A stretch of 64,000 bases of DNA, taken from contig WRAX01000011.1 in the NCBI GenBank assembly GCA_009779935.1, forward strand, positions 539 through 64,538, read 5' to 3'. Position 1 is the stretch's first letter; the number at the start of each line of letters is the position of its first letter. This document shows positions 57,955-64,000 of the stretch, piece by piece. The notes beneath the pieces were generated by a model that searched no databases, was not told the origin of the DNA, and worked only from the letters and a program-made list of their open reading frames with translations. Source of the stretch: Defluviitaleaceae bacterium. Lineage in GTDB: Bacteria; Bacillota; Clostridia; Lachnospirales; WRAX01. The position numbers and the translations under genes are program-made.

Positions 57955-57990
57955 AAACACCATTGCGGCACTGCGCAATGGTGTTGTTTT
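57955..57990 (+). terminator. Rho-independent terminator after spoIIIAH
   Basis: AACACCATTGCG-gcactg-CGCAATGGTGTT followed by GTTTTA. Confidence 0.7.
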
Positions 57991-58009
57991 ATGTTGATGT
58001 TTTGGAGTG

Positions 58010-58043
58010 ATACCAATTCCATTCTCAATCATGGAATTGGTAT
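58010..58043. repeat. MITE-like repeat, minimal copy C (ends only)
   Basis: ATACCAATTCCAT-tctcaatc-ATGGAATTGGTAT has the same termini as copies A and B, with the interior missing. Confidence 0.75.
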
Positions 58044-58053
58044 GATTTGAGTA

Positions 58054-60213
58054 TTAACTCATAAAGGGTTTGGGCTTATTGCTTGTCCAGTTATTTTCTT
58101 CCCGTAGAAATTGGCGATGTCCCCAAATTTCTTCAAACCACCTGGTAAAGGTTTGGGGGCTGTCGTTGTCCATAAGAAAGTTTTGCTCCAATTCGCTTGC
58201 CGGCAGGGGGCGGCTGAAATAAAAACCCTGCAAATATTCCGTCCCCATTTCTGCTAATATGCGGGCTTGGGCAAGGGTTTCCACCCCCTCGGCGCAAACC
58301 ACATAGTTCATAATATGGGCAAGGTTAATAAGTGCGCCAAGGAAGTCTTTTCCAATTGTGTCGGTTTCGATGTCTTTTACAAAAGTACGGTCTATTTTTA
58401 GTTTGCAAATGGGCAGGCTGCGCAAATGCCCAAGGCTGGAATATCCCGTACCAAAATCATCCAGCGCAATTCTTGTACCAAGCTCACGCAGCTCCCCTAA
58501 AATACTTTCCCCGCCTTGGGCGGATACCACTACACTTTCCTCTGTCAGCTCCAAATAAATATTGGCAAGGGAAAGGGAGTTGGTTCGCATGGCATCCACC
58601 ATTTCTTCCACCATACTTCCGCTGGCTGCACGCTGGGGGGACATGTTGATGTTTATAGTAAATTCCTCATTTTTTGTTAGCTTTTTCCAAATGGCACATT
58701 GTCGTGCGGCGGTGCTAAACACCCAAGATTCTACCCGGTGAAACACACCCAAATCCTGCAAGGCAGGGATAACCTCCGCAGGGGAGATGATCTGCCCTTC
58801 CCCATTGCGCCAACGCAGCAACGCCTCTGCACCCACAAACATATTGTGGGCAACAGAATATAAGGGCTGGTAAAACACTTCAAATCCCGCAAAATCCGCC
58901 TCTATACTGTTCATTAGGGCAGTTTCCAAACTAAGCCGCCTTGTGTGCGCTTCCCTGTAATGCGCCTTGTAATGCTCCACTGTATCCTTTTGTTCTTTTG
59001 CTTTGTTAAGTGCCATTTCGGCATTCATCAAAATATCCGTAGGCATTTCGCCTGCCGCAAAATCTGCTACGCCAATGGAAACGGTCATTTTCACAAAAGC
59101 ATCGCCAAAAGCCATGCCGCCGCCGGAAATCATGGGTATGGCTTTACAAAGCCATTGTGCATGCGCCTTATCCTGACCCGTGGAGCTTATAGCGAAAAGG
59201 TTGTTGCCAAAATGGTAAAGCTGCTCTTTCTCCGATAACAAGCCGGCTAAAATATTGCCATATTCCGCCATTATCCTGTCCCCCGTATGCAAACCGTGGA
59301 TGGAGTTTATTGCGGAAAAATTGTCAATATCTATCAGGATAACAAAGCCGCCTTTGCCGCCAAAATTATCTTCGTCTTTCGCTATAAGGTCATCGCAATG
59401 CTGTAAAAATAGGGAGCGGTTGGGCAAACCACTCATTTTGTGTGCATTGTCCGGTTTTTGTATATGGTTGCTAAAAAATTCCATATCCTGCAAATTAATT
59501 AAAGAGCCTGCAATGATAAGATGGTTGCCAATTTCCCCACGGGCTGCTTTTCCCATAAGAGATATCCAAATGGGGTTACCATCCTTGTCGTTTATACGCA
59601 TTTGGGTTTTGAACCGGTCAGTTTCGCCGCTTATTACTTTTTCTAAGGAGGTAGTAAAAAAATCCCTGTCATTGGGCAAAACGTGGGCAAGCCATGTATC
59701 CCTGCCATTTTTGAACTTGCGGGTAAGTATGGGAATTAAATCCAAAATTTCCGCAGAAAATTCATATACATCTTTGGTAAGGTCAAAAACGAAGGCACAT
59801 TGGGCACTGCCTTGTATTATTAGCTTGTTAAGCTCATAACGCTTTTCATCGTTGGTTGTTTCGGTGATAGAGCCTGCAAGCATAAGAGCTTTGCCGCTTT
59901 CATCCCTGCCGTATTTGCCACGGAAATGCAACCAACGTATACTGTTGGTAAAATGGTCCAAAATGCGGGCTTTGAAGTCAAAAACATCCGCTTCCCCTTC
60001 TTTGATAGTTGAAAAGGCGTGCAGCAACTCATCTTTATCCAAATCGTCCACGGTGGCGGTTAAAAGCCAATCTATACCATTTTCCATGGTGGTGCTGTAT
60101 AAATCCATATCCTGTGCAAAAGCGTCGTTGAAAGTGAATGTGTCCAATTCAAAATCATAAACATAGTTGTATTTTGCTGCACCCTCCAAGATAAGTGCGT
60201 TTTTATCCATCAA
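58054..60213 (-). CDS. PAS-PAS-GGDEF(degenerate)-EAL c-di-GMP phosphodiesterase
   Basis: The GGDEF position reads HFGNNLF. The EAL domain is intact (GAEALLRW, DDFGTGYSSL, KIDRTFV, AEGVET). Confidence 0.88.
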   Translation of the reverse strand: MMDKNALILEGAAKYNYVYDFELDTFTFNDAFAQDMDLYSTTMENGIDWLLTATVDDLDKDELLHAFSTIKEGEADVFDFKARILDHFTNSIRWLHFRGKYGRDESGKALMLAGSITETTNDEKRYELNKLIIQGSAQCAFVFDLTKDVYEFSAEILDLIPILTRKFKNGRDTWLAHVLPNDRDFFTTSLEKVISGETDRFKTQMRINDKDGNPIWISLMGKAARGEIGNHLIIAGSLINLQDMEFFSNHIQKPDNAHKMSGLPNRSLFLQHCDDLIAKDEDNFGGKGGFVILIDIDNFSAINSIHGLHTGDRIMAEYGNILAGLLSEKEQLYHFGNNLFAISSTGQDKAHAQWLCKAIPMISGGGMAFGDAFVKMTVSIGVADFAAGEMPTDILMNAEMALNKAKEQKDTVEHYKAHYREAHTRRLSLETALMNSIEADFAGFEVFYQPLYSVAHNMFVGAEALLRWRNGEGQIISPAEVIPALQDLGVFHRVESWVFSTAARQCAIWKKLTKNEEFTININMSPQRAASGSMVEEMVDAMRTNSLSLANIYLELTEESVVVSAQGGESILGELRELGTRIALDDFGTGYSSLGHLRSLPICKLKIDRTFVKDIETDTIGKDFLGALINLAHIMNYVVCAEGVETLAQARILAEMGTEYLQGFYFSRPLPASELEQNFLMDNDSPQTFTRWFEEIWGHRQFLREENNWTSNKPKPFMS

Positions 60214-60312
60214 GGTATGCCCCCTTCCAAATTACGCTTGCATTAGCCTGATGTTCGGGTTATAATTATATATTATACACTTTTTTGTGATTTTTTTCAA
60301 TAGGTATTTTAT

Positions 60313-60453
60313 AGCCTGTTTAGCATCTTTTTGCCAGCGGATTTGCGAGACGGTTTTTCGCCTTTTTAAGAAGTAGCCCGTACGCTACAGGGTACGACGC
60401 AGAAAGGCATAAAATCGGCCGTGAAGGCGGCGGTAAAAAGTACCAAACAGGCT
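60313..60453. repeat. Roughly 140 bp imperfect palindrome in the walRK-like leader region
   Basis: AGCCTGTTT (60313-60321) pairs with AAACAGGCT (60445-60453). Internal segments (CTTTTTGCC/GGTAAAAAG and the central CGTAC..GTACG) continue the dyad. Confidence 0.6.
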
Positions 60454-60473
60454 CTTACTTGGAGGGTATAACC

Positions 60474-61169
60474 ATGGCAAGAAAAATTTTGATTGTTGAT
60501 GATGAGAAAAATATTGTGGAAATTGTGGCATTTAACCTGCATAAAGAAGGTTATGAGGTTGCAGTGGCAAGGGATGGGGAAGCTGCAATTTTAGCCTTTG
60601 ACCAAGAGCAGCCCGACTTGGTGCTTTTGGATATTATGATGCCCAAAATGGATGGTTTTGAAGCTTGTAAAAAAATAAGAGAGCGCTCCCAAGTGCCAAT
60701 TATCATGCTTACCGCACGGGCGGAAGAGGTGGATAAGGTGCTGGGGCTGGAGCTTGGTGCAGATGACTATGTGGTAAAACCCTTTGGGGTGCGGGAGCTT
60801 TTAGCGAGGGTAAAAGCCAATTTGCGCCGCAAAGATGCGCCCGATGAAGGGGAAAAAGGCCCCGTAAGTAACCTATTGGAAATTGGGGATATCGTGATAG
60901 ACACTGCCCGCTATGAAGTGCGGCGGGACGGTGAAGCTATAGACCTAACCCATAGAGAATATGAGCTTACCAAATACCTTGCCACCCACGAAGGGCAGGT
61001 TTTTTCCCGGGAGCATTTATTGGAGCGGGTTTGGGGTTACGAATATTTTGGCGATGTGCGCACGGTGGATGTTACCATAAGGCGTTTGCGCTCCAAATTA
61101 GAGCAAAACCCAGAAAAACCCAAGTACATCCTAACCCGCCGCGGGGTGGGCTACTACTTCAAGCCATAA
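60474..61169 (+). CDS. WalR/YycF-like OmpR-family response regulator
   Basis: [26 protein letters not shown]...[13 protein letters not shown] closely resembles B. subtilis WalR. Confidence 0.9.
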   Translation: MARKILIVDDEKNIVEIVAFNLHKEGYEVAVARDGEAAILAFDQEQPDLVLLDIMMPKMDGFEACKKIRERSQVPIIMLTARAEEVDKVLGLELGADDYVVKPFGVRELLARVKANLRRKDAPDEGEKGPVSNLLEIGDIVIDTARYEVRRDGEAIDLTHREYELTKYLATHEGQVFSREHLLERVWGYEYFGDVRTVDVTIRRLRSKLEQNPEKPKYILTRRGVGYYFKP

Positions 61170-61233
61170 TTAACCCTAACAACTGCACCGTAACGGCGCA
61201 CAGTTTGCGCCATGTCCGGGAGGCACCATACAA

Positions 61234-63018
61234 ATGAGCATTCGCTGGAAATTGGTAATAATTAGCGTGGCATTGGTTTTTATAGTAATGGTGGCGATTG
61301 GCACCTTTGTTTTGTATGCCCTGCGTTTGGATGCCGAAAACAGCGCAAGAAGCGAGCTTGCCCTATGGGCGGATGATTTGTACATAAATGTTATCAACCA
61401 TTCTTTCTCCGCAGCGGCGGATTTGGAGGATTTTGAAAGCAGGATAAGCAATAGTTTTGAGCCTTTGGCAACCCAAAGGCTGCCTGTGGGCATGGATGCT
61501 TTTATCATCACGGCAGCAGGCCCGCCCCAAACCTTGGAAACCAATGCCCGGCCCCGTGGGCACTATGCCTTTATCACCCGTAGCGTGATAACATCTGCCC
61601 TTGCGGGCCTGGGGGATTTTGATACATCACGTAGCTACCCCGATGCCTTTGGCGAAACTAATTCTTGGTTTGAATATGCCCGGCCTATTTTTCTCACAAG
61701 CTACCATTATCCGGATTATGTGGTGTATATGCGCATGTCCGCAAACGAATTTTTTGATGGATTGGATGTTACAAGAAATATCATCACCTTAGCATCTGCC
61801 ATGGCACTTGGCGTGGCAACTTTGCTTGCCATTGCTTTTTCCATGCCGCTTACCAAAAACCTTTTTGCCCTAAGCCGAGAAATTAAGGATTTTAAGGTAG
61901 GCGATGCCACCAAAATTAACCTACCCGGCGCAAATGACGAGGTTGGGGATTTAGCAGAAAGCTTTAACACCATGTCGGGGCATTTGCGTAAAAATATTGC
62001 AGAAATGACCAATGAAAAAAACAAAATGGAAATTATAATGTATAATATGACGGACGGGGTGCTGGCTTATGATGGCAAAGGGTTGCTGATACACAGCAAC
62101 CACGCTTGCGAAGAGCTTCTCGCCATGGATAGGATTGCAGAAATGCCCATGGAGGAGATTTTTGCAGTGCTTGACATCGAAATACCCCCCGAAGGTGTGG
62201 ATAACATGGAGGATGTGACCATCAGCCGTGGGGAAAAGTTTATAAACGCCAGTTTTAATGCGCACAAAAACGCCAAAGGCGAAATACAAGGGGTTATTGT
62301 GGTTTTGCAAGATATTACCCGCCATATGCGCCTTGATAATATGCGTAAGGAGTTTGTTGCAAATGTTTCCCACGAGCTACGCACGCCCCTTACCACCATT
62401 AAAAGCTATGCAGAAACCTTGCTGGACGGAGCCGGGGAAAACCCCGATTTGCGGGATGAGTTTTTGGAAGTTATCAATAACGAATCCGACCGCATGACGG
62501 CGATTATAAGGGATTTATTGGAGCTTTCCCGTTTTGACAACAAACGCATGGAATTTGAATTTGAGCTGGGCGATGTTGTTGCTCTGCTTGAAAAAAACCT
62601 GCATAGCCACGCCATCACAGCGGAAAAGCAGGGCAAAACCATAACTTTGCACAGTGAAGTGGCAAGGGCGGATGTTATGATGGATGCCGCCCGTATTGAC
62701 CAAGTTGTAAACAATATTGTATCCAACGCCCTTAGGTACAGCCACGCAGGGGCGAAAATTGATGTGGAAGTGCAAGAACGGGGCTTGTTTTACATGGTTT
62801 ATATCCATGACAATGGCATCGGCATCCCCAAAGAGGATTTGCGCATGATTTTTGAGCGATTTTATCGTGTAGATAAAGCCAGAAGCCGAGAGCTGGGTGG
62901 CACAGGCCTGGGCCTATCCATTGCAAGAGAAATAATGGAAGGCCACGGCGGCCGCATACATGCCAGCAGCGAACTGGGTGTAGGCACTACTATGACGCTG
63001 CGCTTTCCAAAGCCGTAA
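61234..63018 (+). CDS. WalK/YycG-like sensor histidine kinase (TM, extracellular domain, HAMP, PAS, HisKA, HATPase)
   Basis: Contains the H-box SHELRTPLTT and G boxes DNGIGIP and GGTGLGLSIA. It is 594 aa long. Confidence 0.88.
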   Translation: MSIRWKLVIISVALVFIVMVAIGTFVLYALRLDAENSARSELALWADDLYINVINHSFSAAADLEDFESRISNSFEPLATQRLPVGMDAFIITAAGPPQTLETNARPRGHYAFITRSVITSALAGLGDFDTSRSYPDAFGETNSWFEYARPIFLTSYHYPDYVVYMRMSANEFFDGLDVTRNIITLASAMALGVATLLAIAFSMPLTKNLFALSREIKDFKVGDATKINLPGANDEVGDLAESFNTMSGHLRKNIAEMTNEKNKMEIIMYNMTDGVLAYDGKGLLIHSNHACEELLAMDRIAEMPMEEIFAVLDIEIPPEGVDNMEDVTISRGEKFINASFNAHKNAKGEIQGVIVVLQDITRHMRLDNMRKEFVANVSHELRTPLTTIKSYAETLLDGAGENPDLRDEFLEVINNESDRMTAIIRDLLELSRFDNKRMEFEFELGDVVALLEKNLHSHAITAEKQGKTITLHSEVARADVMMDAARIDQVVNNIVSNALRYSHAGAKIDVEVQERGLFYMVYIHDNGIGIPKEDLRMIFERFYRVDKARSRELGGTGLGLSIAREIMEGHGGRIHASSELGVGTTMTLRFPKP

Positions 63019-63226
63019 CTTTACCAAAATTGTGTGCGTTTTGGTATAAAATTTAGCCCCGACACTTGCCATTGGGGGGATGTTGATAACGACACCACGG
63101 CAAATATCACGCCTACAAATTTATCAAATATAGAGAGATTAAGGTGTGGAGAATCAAGTAATATCGGAAAAGCTATGGCAATGGCATTAGTGCGTAAAAA
63201 AACATATATAAATAGACAAATAATCC

Positions 63227-63255
63227 TTGACATACACATATAGGTATGATATGCT
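63227..63255 (+). promoter_or_regulatory. Sigma-A type promoter
   Basis: TTGACA (63227-63232), a 17 nt spacer, then TATGCT preceded by TGA (extended -10 like). Confidence 0.45.
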
Positions 63256-63355
63256 GTTGTTAGATTGTGTCATTTTTTGCAAACGAAAGTGATTTATTGT
63301 CAACCTAAGTTCCAAAAAACCCCAAACCCCAAACCAAAACTCAAAGGAGAACCCC

Positions 63356-64000
63356 ATGAAAACCAAAAAACCCCTAAACAAACTAAGGCGACTACATCCC
63401 TTTTCAATAAGCCAATTAAGTGCCTCCTCATTAAAGCGGCTACTTGCACTAATCTTAGTTGTTACAATGATAACCCCAAGCATGGCCTTTGCATCTTATG
63501 CGGTTGATACAGAAAACCCTTGGTTTAACTTGCCGGAAATAGCTCCTTATAACTACTTGGGTTATGCAGACTTCGACCCCTTTTTTAATTACACAAGTTA
63601 CCACGAAACACGTTTAATGGACTTACTCTCACGTATGCATGACTTTGATAACTTCACAGCAGAAGAGCAGGCTTTGGTTTCAAGACATCTTGGTACATAT
63701 GTAAATGAATTAGCCGAACTTTGCCCTATGGCCTTAGAAGAGCTGCTAAGGGAGCAGGAAGCTTATTGGTCCACAGACTGGCAGATGAGAGAAACCCTTG
63801 CCTTTTTTGAGCTTTTGAATAGTGGTGTTGGTTTTGGTGCTTTGGATGAATATAATAGAAACATGATTTACAGGCGTTTGGACATTGCCTATGAGGCGAT
63901 AAGTGTCACGGCGGCTCTTTTTAGTTTAATGGAAAGTGATGGGTTTTCGTTAGGTGATAGTATAGAATTAATGCGCATAATGTCTACGGGGTTATTTAAT
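63356..64000 (+). CDS. Secreted protein, N-terminal part (runs off the right edge)
   Basis: An AAAGGAGA RBS precedes the ATG. The protein has a signal peptide (LLALILVVTMITPSMAFA) and 215 codons with no stop. It has no stop codon inside the window, which explains why it is missing from the supplied ORF track. Confidence 0.7.
   Translation, partial: MKTKKPLNKLRRLHPFSISQLSASSLKRLLALILVVTMITPSMAFASYAVDTENPWFNLPEIAPYNYLGYADFDPFFNYTSYHETRLMDLLSRMHDFDNFTAEEQALVSRHLGTYVNELAELCPMALEELLREQEAYWSTDWQMRETLAFFELLNSGVGFGALDEYNRNMIYRRLDIAYEAISVTAALFSLMESDGFSLGDSIELMRIMSTGLFN

Overview
This window is the chromosomal replication-origin region of a spore-forming Firmicute with Clostridia-type gene content. 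Most of it is recognisable housekeeping. The origin unit is a DnaA-box cluster, dnaA, a second box cluster with an AT-rich stretch, then dnaN and recF. Other core blocks are a polyamine operon (speD, Orn/Lys/Arg-family decarboxylase, speE), spoVT, xth, comEA, two OmpR/HisKA two-component pairs, gerM, comEC-holA, glgP, rodA-minEDC, dnaB, rplI and a complete spoIIIAA-AH operon. The left edge carries the end of an integrated element: a large serine recombinase that reads into the 3' end of a tRNA-Met gene. The most unusual signal is non-coding. One diverged module of about 100-155 bp, containing a promoter-like box, a conserved leader and a terminal-repeat-like outer block, sits directly 5' of three unrelated, visibly AT-rich accessory genes. 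These are an ApeA-like HEPN protein at 3.3-4.7 kb, and a small deaminase and a CbrC-family protein in a 2 kb islet between the min/M23 block and dnaB. The window also holds several long palindromic elements. One is a roughly 100 bp MITE-like family with three copies plus a fragment, including a copy inside the spoIIIA operon. Others are a 167 bp near-perfect palindrome, a 140 bp imperfect palindrome upstream of the WalRK-like pair, and a hairpin next to oriC. Two cell-wall enzymes have lost their catalytic residues: a PBP5-type carboxypeptidase with all three motifs mutated and a degenerate LytM/M23 protein. There is also a decayed AlbA_2/Schlafen-type gene. Everything was read by eye from the sequence and ORF track; no database searches or folding calculations were run.
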